Assembly: GCA_965206595.1 (NCBI GenBank)
Contig: OZ242214.1
Coordinates: forward strand, 800,001-864,000
Direction of reading: 5' to 3'
DNA: 64,000 bases
DNA from: Candidatus Latescibacterota bacterium
Lineage (GTDB): Bacteria > Latescibacterota > UBA2968 > UBA8231
Shown here piece by piece: positions 51,054 through 61,621 of the stretch. The position numbers were made by a program, and so were the translations under genes. Within the stretch, counting starts at the first letter, position 1. Each line of letters begins with the position of its first letter. The notes beneath the pieces are model-generated. The model saw only the letters and a program-made list of their open reading frames with translations. It did not search any database and had not been told where the DNA came from.

Positions 51054-52204
51054 AGCCCCGTCAGACCCTGCTCGAAATCGGCGATCAGGTCGGCCGCGGA
51101 CTCAATGCCGACCGCCACCCGGACCAGGCCGCTGCGGATTCCCAGGGTCTGCCGTTCCGCTTCCGACAGGCCTGCGTGCGAAGTCGCTTCCGGCCGCGTG
51201 ATCAGGGTCTCGACACCTCCGAGGCTGGGGGCGAATGCCGGAATCCGCAGCCGCTCCAGCAGTTTCTCCGCTGCGGGCCTTCCCCCCTTAAGCTCGAAGC
51301 TCAGGACCCCGCCGCAGCCGGAGAACAGCCGCGCGGCGCGCTCGTGCTGGGCATGCGACACCAGCCCGGGGTAGTTCACCTGCGTCACCGCCTCGTAGCG
51401 TTCGAGCATCCCGGAAAGGGCCAACGCAGAGGCGTTCTGGTGCCGTACCCGTAGCGCCATCGTCTTCAATCCCCGGTGCAGCAGAAAACAGGCGTGCGGA
51501 TCGAGGGTGGCGCCGAGATGGTTGAGCCGGCGCCCGATCCGGGAGATCAGCTCCCCGCCGGCGACGACGCAGCCGGCGACGATGTCGGAGTGGCCGTTGA
51601 GATACTTGGTGGCGCTGTGAATCTCGACGTCGAACCCCAGTTGCAGCGGCCGGAAGTTGACCGGGGTTCCGAAGGTGTTGTCGATGATGGAGATCAGGCC
51701 GCGCTCGCGTGCGAACGCCACCACCGCTTCGAGATCGGCCACTTCCAGCAGCGGGTTGGTCATGGTCTCGAGGTAGATGGCGCGCGTTCGTCGGGTCGCC
51801 GCCTCATCCCAGGAGTCGGGGCGGTTGCAGTCGATGAAATCCGCCTGCAGCCCGAAGTCGGGGAGGTCGCCGGTGAACAGGCTGTGGGTGCCCCCGTACA
51901 GGCAGCTCTGCGCCAGCAGGCGGTCTCCCGCCTTCAGCAGTCCCATCAAGGTGGCGGCGATCGCCGCCATCCCCGAAGAGGTGACGATTGCGGCCTCGCC
52001 GCTGCAGACCGCGGCGAGCTTGTCGTGAAGGACGCGGTGATTGGGGCTGTTGTTGAGGCGCAGATAACGGATCTCCTCGTACGCCGTTTCCCCGCCCGAC
52101 AGGTAGGTGGCGCTCTGAAACACCGGCAGCACCACCGAGCCTTCGATCTTTTCCCCCTCTCCTGAATGGATGAGGTCGGTCTCGATATCGCGCTTTTTGT
52201 TCAT
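50984..52204 (-). CDS. Cystathionine gamma-lyase/synthase family PLP enzyme
   Basis: SSGMAAI, ETMTNP, DNTF, HSATKYLNGHSD, SLGGVETL and RVAVGIE motifs. Start at MNKKRD, overlapping the upstream stop. Confidence 0.93.
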   Translation of the reverse strand: MNKKRDIETDLIHSGEGEKIEGSVVLPVFQSATYLSGGETAYEEIRYLRLNNSPNHRVLHDKLAAVCSGEAAIVTSSGMAAIAATLMGLLKAGDRLLAQSCLYGGTHSLFTGDLPDFGLQADFIDCNRPDSWDEAATRRTRAIYLETMTNPLLEVADLEAVVAFARERGLISIIDNTFGTPVNFRPLQLGFDVEIHSATKYLNGHSDIVAGCVVAGGELISRIGRRLNHLGATLDPHACFLLHRGLKTMALRVRHQNASALALSGMLERYEAVTQVNYPGLVSHAQHERAARLFSGCGGVLSFELKGGRPAAEKLLERLRIPAFAPSLGGVETLITRPEATSHAGLSEAERQTLGIRSGLVRVAVGIESAADLIADFEQGLTGLQEFPPGSSGAAVSPEGLSSPPA

Positions 52205-54330
52205 GTCCGAAGCAGGTATTTGTCGAGGAGGTGTTGGTAGATGGCGACGAAGTCGCCGCGGCCGTTGCTGCGGTTGTAGAAGAAGCAGAACGGGTTGGGG
52301 TTGAGCTCGAGGATGCGCAGGCCCCCGGGGCCATCGATGACGTCGATGGCGTAGAACCCGAGCCGGATCACCGCGGCGACGCGCCGGGTGAGCTCGGTCA
52401 TCGCTGCAAGCAGCGGCCCGTCCCCGACCCTGACGGCGCGCCCGCTGGCGTGATGCAGGGGGTTGAGACCGCCTCCGACCTCGTCGCTGGTTTTCTCGTA
52501 GGCGAGCAGTAGCTCCGCTTCGCTGGCGACGATGCGGTACTCCACTCCCTCGACGAAAGCCTGGATCAGCAGGCTGTTGTCGAGAAAACCTCCGCCGGTG
52601 AACAGGTTCTCCAGGCGCCTCGCGGCCCCCTCGCGACAGCGCTCGAGGTAGACTCCCTGGGACACGGAGGCCCGCGGCTTCTTGATGAGCAGGGGATACT
52701 GCATGCGCTCTCCGAGGTCGTCGAGCATCTCTTCGACGCTGCCGTGGGTCTTGTAGCGGTGGAAGCGGTCGTCGGCGTACGGGTTGAACACCTGCATCGA
52801 GCAGGGGACCGGCAGGCCGGCGGCGGCGAACAGCTCGTACTGGTAGCCCTTGTCCTCTGCGAGCCTGGCGGCGGCGTAGTCGTTGAACGGGTGGCGGTTG
52901 CGCAGGAAATAGAACGGCCCTCCCGCCCCGTCGACCCGCAGGAGGTTGTCGTTGTCGGAGACTCTCTCGCACCGGAGGCTGCGGGCGCGGCAGGCGATTT
53001 CGACGCACTCGAGGCTTTCCAGGGCGACATCTTCGCTGATTCCCTCGGTTTCGCACGGGAGCCGGAAATGCTCGCGCGCGCGCGCGACCAGGGCCAGCGA
53101 TCCGGTGACGCAGACCGGCAGCTTGCCCGAGGCGGCGACCTCGAGGGCCCTGGCCAAGGGCTCGACGGTTGCGGGGACTTCTGCGGGGAGGTGGTTCAGC
53201 AGATCTTCGGGCGGCAGGGCCTTGGGGTGGCCGGAGGAGGTGGCGATCACCTGCCCGGCCAGCGGTGCCAGGCAGTCGAGGATGGCGCCGGCGTCGTGGC
53301 CGCTCCCGACGCCGACGACGAAGCGCCACTTCGGATGCAGGGCCCGAAGGTCCGCGGAGAGGCCTGCCGCGGCCGCCCGGTTGTGAGCGCCGTCAAGCAG
53401 GACCAGCGGCTTCCCGTCGCGCTCGACCGCCTCGAAGCGGCCCGGCCACTGGTGCCGGGCGATCGTCGCTTCCGCATCCGCGGGGACGAGGCGGTCCCCC
53501 AGCAGGAAGGCGGCCGCGGCCAGTGCCAGACGCGCGTTGGCCGGGTACGTGCCTGGCCTGCTGCCCTCCGACCGGGGGCAGGCCGGGTACGGCCCCCCGG
53601 GGCCGCAGCCCGAGGACTCGGCGCGGGTCACACCACCCGGGACCGCTGTGTAGAGAGGAACACTCGCGGACTGGCAGTGGTTGCGAATCCGCTCGGCGAC
53701 CCCGGCCTCGTGGGCATCGGTGGTGAACAGGGGCCGCCCCGGCCGCGTGATGCAGAGCTTGTCCGCGGTGATCTCCAGGACGTCCTCCCCCAGGACGTCG
53801 GCGTGGTCGACGGCGATGCTGGTCAGCACCGAGAGCTCGTGATCCCAGGCGTTGGTGGCGTCGTAGCGCCCCCCGAGACCGACCTCGAAAAGCGCGTAAT
53901 CGACCCCTGCGGCCGAGAACAGGTGCGCGGCGAGCGCGGTGAGCGCCTCGAATTTCGAGAAGCCGCCGAATCCCTCCTCGTCGAAGCGGCGGGTCGCGTC
54001 GTACAGGAAGGTCACCGCGTCGGCCCAGTCGTCCGGCCCCAGCAGCAGCCCGTCTACCTGGATGCGCTCCCGCTGGCTGTGCAGGTGGGGGGAGGTGTAG
54101 AGCCCGATCCTGCCGTCGCCGCGCAGCAGGGCCTCGAGGAGGCTGGCAACCGTGCCCTTGCCGTTGGTTCCACCGACGATTATCGAACGGAAGCCGTTCT
54201 GCGGATCCCCAAGCCGCCGCAGCAGCGCCCGGGTGCGGGGGAGGTAGTGGTGCAGGGGACCGGCAGGAGGGCGCCCCCGTTCCCAGTCGGGCAGGGTATC
54301 GAGGAATTTCCTGGCTTCTGAGTATTCCAT
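52201..54330 (-). CDS. folC: FolC-like folylpolyglutamate synthase fused to a C-terminal ATP-grasp domain
   Basis: GTNGKGT, YTSPHL...ERI, EVGLGGRYDATN, WPGRFE, LDGAHN, TGSL; then DK..Y..F...GLPVP, IQAFVEG.EYR and ID......ILELNPNP. Confidence 0.85.
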   Translation of the reverse strand: MEYSEARKFLDTLPDWERGRPPAGPLHHYLPRTRALLRRLGDPQNGFRSIIVGGTNGKGTVASLLEALLRGDGRIGLYTSPHLHSQRERIQVDGLLLGPDDWADAVTFLYDATRRFDEEGFGGFSKFEALTALAAHLFSAAGVDYALFEVGLGGRYDATNAWDHELSVLTSIAVDHADVLGEDVLEITADKLCITRPGRPLFTTDAHEAGVAERIRNHCQSASVPLYTAVPGGVTRAESSGCGPGGPYPACPRSEGSRPGTYPANARLALAAAAFLLGDRLVPADAEATIARHQWPGRFEAVERDGKPLVLLDGAHNRAAAAGLSADLRALHPKWRFVVGVGSGHDAGAILDCLAPLAGQVIATSSGHPKALPPEDLLNHLPAEVPATVEPLARALEVAASGKLPVCVTGSLALVARAREHFRLPCETEGISEDVALESLECVEIACRARSLRCERVSDNDNLLRVDGAGGPFYFLRNRHPFNDYAAARLAEDKGYQYELFAAAGLPVPCSMQVFNPYADDRFHRYKTHGSVEEMLDDLGERMQYPLLIKKPRASVSQGVYLERCREGAARRLENLFTGGGFLDNSLLIQAFVEGVEYRIVASEAELLLAYEKTSDEVGGGLNPLHHASGRAVRVGDGPLLAAMTELTRRVAAVIRLGFYAIDVIDGPGGLRILELNPNPFCFFYNRSNGRGDFVAIYQHLLDKYLLRT

Positions 54331-54440
54331 CTTCTGACAGATCAGCGGCGGATGGCCGTCGCCCGGGGAGCGGCCTTCATGTCGCCGGGCATTCCCAGGC
54401 CCGGCCTGCACTGGAAATCCCGTCTCCGAGAGGGCTTCGG

Positions 54441-54582
54441 GGCGCGTCGCACACTGGTGTTTCCCACGCCTCAAAGAGCGCCGTCATCGGTCCGAATCCG
54501 TGCCGTTCGCCGTGAGGCGAACGGCCATCCGAGGCGCGTCGCACCCCGACAGTCCCCAACGCCTCAAAGAGCGCCGGCATCA
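54441..54582. repeat. Imperfect ~50-bp direct repeat around a GC hairpin
   Basis: GGCGCGTCGCAC...ACGCCTCAAAGAGCGCCG.CATC twice with ~92-bp period. Hairpin GCCGTTCGCC-GTGA-GGCGAACGGC between the copies. Confidence 0.6.
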
Positions 54583-55623
54583 TCCACCCCGGGTGTGCAT
54601 CTCGCGATGCGGATCGACCTTCAGCTCTTCGACGTGGTAGAGCGCCCCCCGCGTCGGCTCGTTCAGCCGCTCCTCGGCGCCGCGGTCCCTGCGGCCCTCC
54701 CAGACACGGCGGATCCGCGCGACCAGATCCCGGTGCGTCAGCCCGTCCCGCAGCCACTCGCGCAGGTTGTACCCCTCGTTGGCGTACAGGCAGAGGTACC
54801 ACATGCCGTCCGCGGTAACCCGGCTGCGGTCGCAGGTGGCGCAGAACGGCTCGGTGGTGGAGGCGATGATGCCGAAACATGTGCCGTCGGGCAGGAGGAA
54901 ACGCTCCGCCGGGGCCGCTCCCCGGCCCGGGGCGGCCTCGATGGCGCCGTAGTGCCCCTCCAACCGCGCGAGGATGTCCGCCTTCGAGAAGACCCGCTCC
55001 ATCGACCAGAGGGTCGCCCCGCCGACATCCATATACTCGATGAAGCGGACCTCGGCACCTACCTCCTTGCCGAACTCGATCAGGTCGACGAGCTCGTCGT
55101 CGTTGAACCTCCGCATGATGACGGTGTTGATCTTGATGTCGGAGAAGGCGACGCGGGCGGCCTCGCGGATGCCGGTGAGAACGCGGTCCAGGACCACCCG
55201 CCTGGTCAGGGTTTCGAAGCGGGCGGGATTGAGGGTGTCGAGACTCACCGTTACCCGGCTCAACCCTGCCTCGTGCAGCGGCTCGGCCCATTTGGCCAGC
55301 TGCGTCGCGTTCGTCGTCATTGCCAGGTCCTCGACCGCGGGGCGCCGGGCCAGCCGGGCGACGAGATCGACGAGGCCGCCGCGCAGCAGCGGTTCCCCGC
55401 CGGTGAGGCGAACCTTGTGCACCCCGAGCTCCCCGAAGACGTCGACGGTGCGCTCGATCTCGTCGAAGGAGAGGATGTCCTCTTTCGGCAGCCAGGTGTA
55501 ATCCTCCTCCGGCATGCAGTAGGCGCAGCGCAAGTCGCAGCGGTCGATGACGGAGAGGCGGAGACTTTCGAGGGGGCGGCCGAAGAGATCGTGGGCCGTG
55601 GCGCGGTGGGGGTGCGAGCTCAT
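54580..55623 (-). CDS. moaA: GTP 3',8-cyclase (molybdenum cofactor biosynthesis)
   Basis: CDLRCAYC, RLTGGEPL, FCATCDRSR..C and terminal GG motifs. Confidence 0.96.
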   Translation of the reverse strand: MSSHPHRATAHDLFGRPLESLRLSVIDRCDLRCAYCMPEEDYTWLPKEDILSFDEIERTVDVFGELGVHKVRLTGGEPLLRGGLVDLVARLARRPAVEDLAMTTNATQLAKWAEPLHEAGLSRVTVSLDTLNPARFETLTRRVVLDRVLTGIREAARVAFSDIKINTVIMRRFNDDELVDLIEFGKEVGAEVRFIEYMDVGGATLWSMERVFSKADILARLEGHYGAIEAAPGRGAAPAERFLLPDGTCFGIIASTTEPFCATCDRSRVTADGMWYLCLYANEGYNLREWLRDGLTHRDLVARIRRVWEGRRDRGAEERLNEPTRGALYHVEELKVDPHREMHTRGG

Positions 55624-55956
55624 GCAGTAGAAAAGGGATGAACAGCAGGTCGAGAACAGGGCGCCGCGAACCGGCCAGCTGCGCCGTTGAAGCGGTGATT
55701 TTCCCGCGGGTGGCTCATCGTTTTGGTGACCTTCCGGGTACCCGTCGAAAGAACCGTCCGGGCTGCTAAGTTGAGAAAGGACAGGAATATACGGACTGCC
55801 CCCGGGGCGGCAATCCGTTTGCGACCCCACCCGGAGGGGGGCATATTAGGTGCCCGTCAAGGGGGAACCTGGCGCATCCCGTCAAATCGGGCGGCGGCCG
55901 TTCCGCTGCGACGAATCCCCGTCCATCCCGGTTTCCCCACCTGCCGACGAAAGCCG

Positions 55957-56910
55957 ATGGCGAATCCCGAAACCGAGCGCCTCGAGAAGATGCTGCGCGA
56001 GCAGCAGTACGTCGCCGACCCCGCCATCGCCATGTCCCTTCACTTGGCGCGAACCCTGAACAAGCCGCTCCTGGTCGAGGGGCCGGCAGGGGTCGGGAAG
56101 ACCGAGATCGCCAAGGTGATGGCGCGCGCCCTCGACACCGACCTGATCCGTCTGCAGTGCTACGAGGGCCTCGACACCAGCACTGCCCTGTACGAGTGGA
56201 ACTACCAGCGCCAATTGTTGCAGATCCGCCTGGAGGAAGGGGGGGAGCGCAGCCTCGACGAGCGCCAGTCCCACATCTTCGGCGAGGCCTTCCTGCTCAA
56301 GCGGCCCCTGCTCGAGGCGATCACCCACCACCGGCCGCCGGTGCTGCTGATAGACGAGCTCGACCGCGCCGACGAGGAGTTCGAGTCGTTCCTGCTCGAA
56401 GTGCTGTCCGACTGGCAGATCTCGATCCCCGAGGTCGGCACCATCGCCGCGACCCACATCCCGCACGTGGTCATCACCTCCAATCGAACGCGCGAGCTGT
56501 CCGACGCCATCCGCCGGCGCTGCCTCTACCTGTGGATCGACTACCCCGGGTTCGACAAGGAGCTGGCGATCGTGCGCGGCAAGGTCGACGGTCTCGACGC
56601 GCAGCTTGCCGACCAGATCTGCCGCTTCATGGCGCTGGTGCGCCGGCAGAAGCTGGAGAAGGTGCCCGGTGTCGCCGAGACTCTGGACTGGGCCAAGGCC
56701 CTGGTCGCCCTGCACCGCAACCACCTCGACCCCGGGATCGTCGAGGAGACCCTCGGGGTGGTGTTCAAGGACTGGACGGACGTGCGCCAGATGCAGCAGA
56801 CCCTGCCCGAGTTCCTCGAAGAGCTCGGCATCCGCGCCAAGGCCCCTCCCGGAACGGGGCAGGCCCAGGAGGCGGGGCAGCCCGCTGCGGGGACCCCCGG
56901 TGGCGGATAA
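55957..56910 (+). CDS. MoxR/CoxD-type AAA+ ATPase
   Basis: EGPAGVGKT, RLQCYEG, LIDELDRADEEFE and TSNRTRELSDA..RRC motifs. Confidence 0.93.
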   Translation: MANPETERLEKMLREQQYVADPAIAMSLHLARTLNKPLLVEGPAGVGKTEIAKVMARALDTDLIRLQCYEGLDTSTALYEWNYQRQLLQIRLEEGGERSLDERQSHIFGEAFLLKRPLLEAITHHRPPVLLIDELDRADEEFESFLLEVLSDWQISIPEVGTIAATHIPHVVITSNRTRELSDAIRRRCLYLWIDYPGFDKELAIVRGKVDGLDAQLADQICRFMALVRRQKLEKVPGVAETLDWAKALVALHRNHLDPGIVEETLGVVFKDWTDVRQMQQTLPEFLEELGIRAKAPPGTGQAQEAGQPAAGTPGGG

Positions 56911-58282
56911 GCCGTCCAACGGCCGGAGACCGGCCGGACTGGAGGACCTCGCCCTGCGTGGAGAGCTGAGCGCCAACGTCGTCGGCTTCTGCCGGCTGCT
57001 GCGCCGCGAGGGAGCCGGCCCCGGGGCGGCCGAGGCCGCCGACGCCCTGCTCGCCCTGGAGCGGATCGACCTCCGAACCGGGCAGCATTTCTACGAAGCC
57101 CTCAGAACCTGCCTCGCCAAGAGCCGCCCGGAGCAGGATATCTTCGACTCCGTGTTCGACTCCTACTGGAAGGTCTGGGACCGCGCCGGCGAGCTTCTGC
57201 GGGGGCAGGGGGCGCGGGAAGAGGAGGAAAACAGGGAGATCCGCAATCCGTGCGCACCGGAGCAGCAGCCGGCGCTGAGAGCGGTCACCGCCTGGCTCAA
57301 GGGAGAGAAGAAGACCGGCGACGAGGAGCCTGCCCCGGGATACAGCCCGTTCGAGGTGATGGCCCGTCGCGACTTCGCCGGCTTCCGCGCCGACGAGCTC
57401 GACGAGATCGGCCATCTGGTCACCCTCATCGCCCGGATGCTCGCCAGGCGCTTCAACCGCCGCTACCGCGACAGCTCCCGCCGCGGCCGCCTCGACCTGC
57501 GACGCACCCTCAGGCGCAATCTCCGCCGTGGCGGAGAGCTCGTCGATCTCAGCTTCAGGCAGCGCCGCCGCCGGCGCCTGAAGCTGGTCCTGCTGTGCGA
57601 CGTCAGCCGCTCGATGGACCTCTACAGCAGCTTCCTCATCCAGTTCGTCTACGCCTTCCAGCTCGCCTGCCGGCGCGTCGAGACCTTCGTCTTCAGCACC
57701 TCCCTGCGGCGGGTCACCGACACCCTGGCCAACGAGGACCTCGACGAGGTGCTGGCCGCGCTCTCCCGGGAGGTGCCGCAGTGGTCGGGGGGCACGCGCA
57801 TCGGCGCCTCCCTGCAGACGTTTCTCGACGGCTTCGGCGACGCCCTGCTCGACCACCAGACCGCGGTCATCCTGCTGAGCGACGGCTGGGACACCGGCGA
57901 TATCGACCTGTTGCGCGATACCATGCGCGACATCCACCGCCGCTCCCTGGCGGTGATCTGGCTCAACCCGCTGCTCGGCTCCGAGGAGTACCGCCCCGAC
58001 ACCCGCGGCATGCGCGCCGCCCTGCCCCACGTCGATCTGTTCGCCCCGGCCCACAACGCCGCCAGCCTCAAGGAGCTGGCCTCCGTCCTGGGGCGCATCC
58101 AGCGCCGCGACATCCCGGCCCGTTTCGGGTTCCACCAGCGAGAGGAGGTGGAGGTCGAGGAAACCGAGCCGTCGGTGGCGCCGGAAGAGGCCCCGAGGCC
58201 GAGCACGGCCGCCAACCTCGAGCGGCTCGCCCGCGAGATGCAGGAGAAGCGGCAGCGCCGCCAGGATCAGGCGTCGGCCTGA
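56900..58282 (+). CDS. VWA-domain protein (CoxE-like)
   Basis: DLRRTLR, LCDVSRSM, WSGGTRIG, LSDGWD.G and WLNPL motifs. Confidence 0.92.
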   Translation: MADKPSNGRRPAGLEDLALRGELSANVVGFCRLLRREGAGPGAAEAADALLALERIDLRTGQHFYEALRTCLAKSRPEQDIFDSVFDSYWKVWDRAGELLRGQGAREEEENREIRNPCAPEQQPALRAVTAWLKGEKKTGDEEPAPGYSPFEVMARRDFAGFRADELDEIGHLVTLIARMLARRFNRRYRDSSRRGRLDLRRTLRRNLRRGGELVDLSFRQRRRRRLKLVLLCDVSRSMDLYSSFLIQFVYAFQLACRRVETFVFSTSLRRVTDTLANEDLDEVLAALSREVPQWSGGTRIGASLQTFLDGFGDALLDHQTAVILLSDGWDTGDIDLLRDTMRDIHRRSLAVIWLNPLLGSEEYRPDTRGMRAALPHVDLFAPAHNAASLKELASVLGRIQRRDIPARFGFHQREEVEVEETEPSVAPEEAPRPSTAANLERLAREMQEKRQRRQDQASA

Positions 58283-58391
58283 GCTGCCCGCCGCTGCCGT
58301 CCGTCCTCGTCATCCGCAAGGGCAGGCACAGTCCCCCGAACCAAAGAGTGCGGCCCCTGTTGGCGTCAGTCTTCCGGGCTGACCACCCCGT

Positions 58392-60331
58392 TCACAGACG
58401 CAACCAGTAGTTGACCTTGGCGAGCCAGATGTTGTCCCCGTCGTCGGTGAAACTGGCGGCGAGGTCGCCGGCTCCGAGGCGGAGGTCGTCGTCGAAGGCG
58501 CTGTGCGATTGCGCCCAGACGAGAAACAGCGTGCTCCCGGGCGCGTACTCCCAGCGGAATACGAGGTTGCTGCGCAGCGAGCGCCGCCTGAAGTCGGGGT
58601 TGGACCGGTACTCCTCGTACGGAGTGAAGCGGTAGGATTTCGGGGCGGTCAGCTCCTTGATGGCGCCCTAATCCCCGGTGGCGACGAACGGTTGCATGTA
58701 CAGCTGCAGACTGGCGTCGGGGGAGAACAGCAGGTCGAAGCGGGTGGTCCACTCGAGCACCCGCGGCGGACCCCCGATCCGGCCTGCGGCTCGACCCAGG
58801 GGCCGAGCCGGTGGAAATCCGAGCGGCGTATGAACCCGAGGTCGTTCGCCGAGAAGCGGGGGGAGAAGGTCGCGTAGTTCAAGCCGCCTTCGATTCCGCC
58901 GCCGCGCTTTCCGAAGTCGGTTTCGAAGGCGGCGCCCTGGCCGTCGGCGCGGGTGCGGCTCGAGGCGAGCTGGCCGCGGAACTGCCATTTGTTCCTCTGC
59001 CAGTTGAGGTTCCAGTCCGCCCCGCCGGCGTAGGCGTCGCCGCCGCCGGAGCGGTTGACCGCGGTGAAGATGCCGCCGACGTGGGAGTTTCCGGCGAGAA
59101 GGTCGCGTTTCAGGCGCGCCACCCCGTAGTGGGTTCGCGGCTGGGCGAGGTGGCTGCGGGAGCCGGATTCTCCGGGATCGCGCACGCGGGTATGCTCCTC
59201 CGCGGTCAGGGCCTGCAACAGTCCGAAGGTCGTTCCCCCGGAAGTGCGGCCGGTGACCTTGGACGCCTCGAGGATGGTCGTGAAGTCGGGACGGTCGATC
59301 ACATCGGTGCCGGCCGGGGTCGGGAAGCGGGAAGGGCGGCGGCCTATGCGGCGCGAGTAGAAGAGGTCGAACGGCGTGTCGAATACCTGGGCGTCCTTGC
59401 TGAAGAAGGGCCGGCGCTCCTCGAAGAAGGTCTCGAAGACACCGAGGTTGAGCACCGCGGGATCCGCCTCCACCTGGCCGAAGTCGGGGTTCGCGGTGCC
59501 GTGGAAGACTGATGCTGGAGGTCAGTCCGTAGCGAACGTCGGCGCCGACGTTTCCGAGAAAATCGCTTCCGTCCGGTCGACGGAAGTCTGCGGCGAAAAG
59601 ATCGAGCGCCCGACGAGGTGCGGCCGCACCTCGAGGACGGTTTTCGCGGAGACGTCCCGGATCCCGCGCAGGTCCCCGAAGCGGGATACGAACCCCTCGT
59701 CCTGCACCCCGAGGGGAACCCAGAAGACGTTCTCCTTCAGGCGCGACGTGTAACGGTCGATCTGCAGTCCCCAGGTCGAATCGGCCTGCGTGAAGCGGAA
59801 ATTGTGGAACGGGATGCGCAGCTCCGCCGTCCACCCCTGTTCGTCGATCCGCGTTCGCGATTCGAACACCCCGTCCCAGGTTTGGGTCTGCCGGTCGTCG
59901 TTGTAGTAGACCCCGTCGATCACCGTGCCGCCGGCAGTGATGAAAAAGGAGTAGGCGGTCTGGCGGTCGTGGTTGGAGTCGAGGGTGAGGTGAATCCGGT
60001 CGGTCTCCTTGACGATCCACTGATCGCGCCGGCCGAGGCGGGTGACAGTCTCCTCCGGCTGTGCATCGAAGCAGGTCACTCCCGCGTACAGGGCCTCGTC
60101 GTCGTAGAGGAAGCGGACCTCCGTGCGCTGGGTGGCGGGGAGACCTTCGTCCGGGAAGCGCTGGGTGAAGGAGTCGATGACCGGGGCGTGCTGCCACACG
60201 GTTTCGTCGAGCAAGCCGTCGCAGCGGATGGGGCTGTCGGTCCGCACCGCCTCGGCGGTGGGAACGGAAGCGGGGGCCGCGGCGGGAAGTGCGGCGGTCG
60301 TGGAAAGGGCGATCAGGAGAGCGAAAATCAT
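58392..60331 (-). pseudogene. DUF5916-like / CBM9-like outer-membrane protein pseudogene
   Basis: DGLLDE..W, GWTAELRIPF, NPDFGQVEAD, EERRPFF and RWEY.PGSTLFLVW motifs over three frames. In-frame TAG at 58668 and an apparent internal deletion near 58790. Confidence 0.8.
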
Positions 60332-60690
60332 GGCCGGCTCGCAGTTGGAAGGTGAATGAATCCAGGCTACGGGCGGTTTTGAACAGTGTCAAAAAACGTG
60401 TGCAGAAAATTCGCGAACGCGTGGAATGAGGCCGGAAACCCGGTGGAATCGATCTTGCAGGGGGAAATGGCAAGGGAATTCCCGAGTGAATCTCCCGGAC
60501 GATTCCCTGCTCTCGCTCGACGCAGCGCGCCGCGGGGACTGGCGCTCTCCAGGGAAGCGGAGGTCTTTCGTCCCAAGGCCGGAAAAAACCAGTTCCGAGC
60601 CGGTTCTGTGTTTCCCGGGCCGACGTGTGTCGTTAAGATCAACGCCCGTCGAGACGTTGTTCCCCGGAACCCGAAAATGAAAGAGGACCC

Positions 60691-61440
60691 ATGCCAGCAC
60701 CGATCGCCCTGCAGCTGTACACCCTGCGGGAAGCCGCGGCCCGGGACTTCGAGGGCACGGTTCGCACGGTCGCCGAGATCGGCTACCTCGGCGTCGAGCC
60801 GGCCGGTTTCCCGGGCACCACCCCCGAAGGGGCCAAAAAGCTGTTCGACGACCTCGAACTCGAGGTCTGCAGCGCCCACCTCCCGCTTCCGGCGGGAGAC
60901 ACCCTGTCCGAGTCGCTGGAGACCGCCGAGGCCCTCGGCACGAGGCGCGTGATCTCCGGCCGCGGCAGGGATCAGTTCTCCTCCCTCGACCGCATAGCGG
61001 AGTCGAGCGATCTCTTCAACGAGGCCGCGGCGAACTGCGCCGGGCGCGGATATACCTTCGGCATCCACAATCACTGGTGGGAGTTCCTAGAGGTCGAAGG
61101 AGTGCCGGCGTACAGGCATCTGCTCGGGAAGCTCAGCCCCGAGGTCATCTTCCAGATCGACGCCTACTGGGTGCAGACGGCCGGCGCCGACCCTGCGGAA
61201 GTCATCGCAGGGCTCGGAAGCCGCGCCCCGCTCGTGCACCTGAAGGACGGCCCGTGCACGCGGGAGGACGACATGCTGCCGCTCGGCGAGGGGGTCACCG
61301 ACTTCGACCGCATCGCCGCCGCCGGCGACAGCGTCGAGTGGTGGATCGTCGAGCTCGACCGCTGCGCCACCGACATGACCGAGGCGGTGGCGATGAGCCA
61401 CGCCTTCCTGACCGGCCGGGGCTACGCGCGGGGCAGGTAG
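60691..61440 (+). CDS. Sugar phosphate isomerase/epimerase (xylose isomerase-like TIM barrel)
   Basis: LQLYTLR, IHNH..EF, D.YW, HLKD and VELD motifs. Confidence 0.92.
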   Translation: MPAPIALQLYTLREAAARDFEGTVRTVAEIGYLGVEPAGFPGTTPEGAKKLFDDLELEVCSAHLPLPAGDTLSESLETAEALGTRRVISGRGRDQFSSLDRIAESSDLFNEAAANCAGRGYTFGIHNHWWEFLEVEGVPAYRHLLGKLSPEVIFQIDAYWVQTAGADPAEVIAGLGSRAPLVHLKDGPCTREDDMLPLGEGVTDFDRIAAAGDSVEWWIVELDRCATDMTEAVAMSHAFLTGRGYARGR

Positions 61441-61621
61441 CGGCCATGCCACTTTTCAGGGTTGCCGCGGCGCAGTTGCAGAAGGGAGGTGTCCCCCACT
61501 TGGAAGGTTTCCCTGCCCGGATGGCAGGGGCGCTTGAACGCCGCAAGCGGCCGGCGGGTGCAACTGCCGGCATCCGGGAACGAACCGGCCCTGCCGATTC
61601 CGACTCACCGGGGGCCGCGGC

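Noticed and set aside
58668-58670. In-frame TAG in the DUF5916-like gene as recoding (pyrrolysine or readthrough)
   Set aside because: The gene also has frameshifts and an internal deletion, so it is a pseudogene. TAG is used as a normal stop elsewhere in the window.
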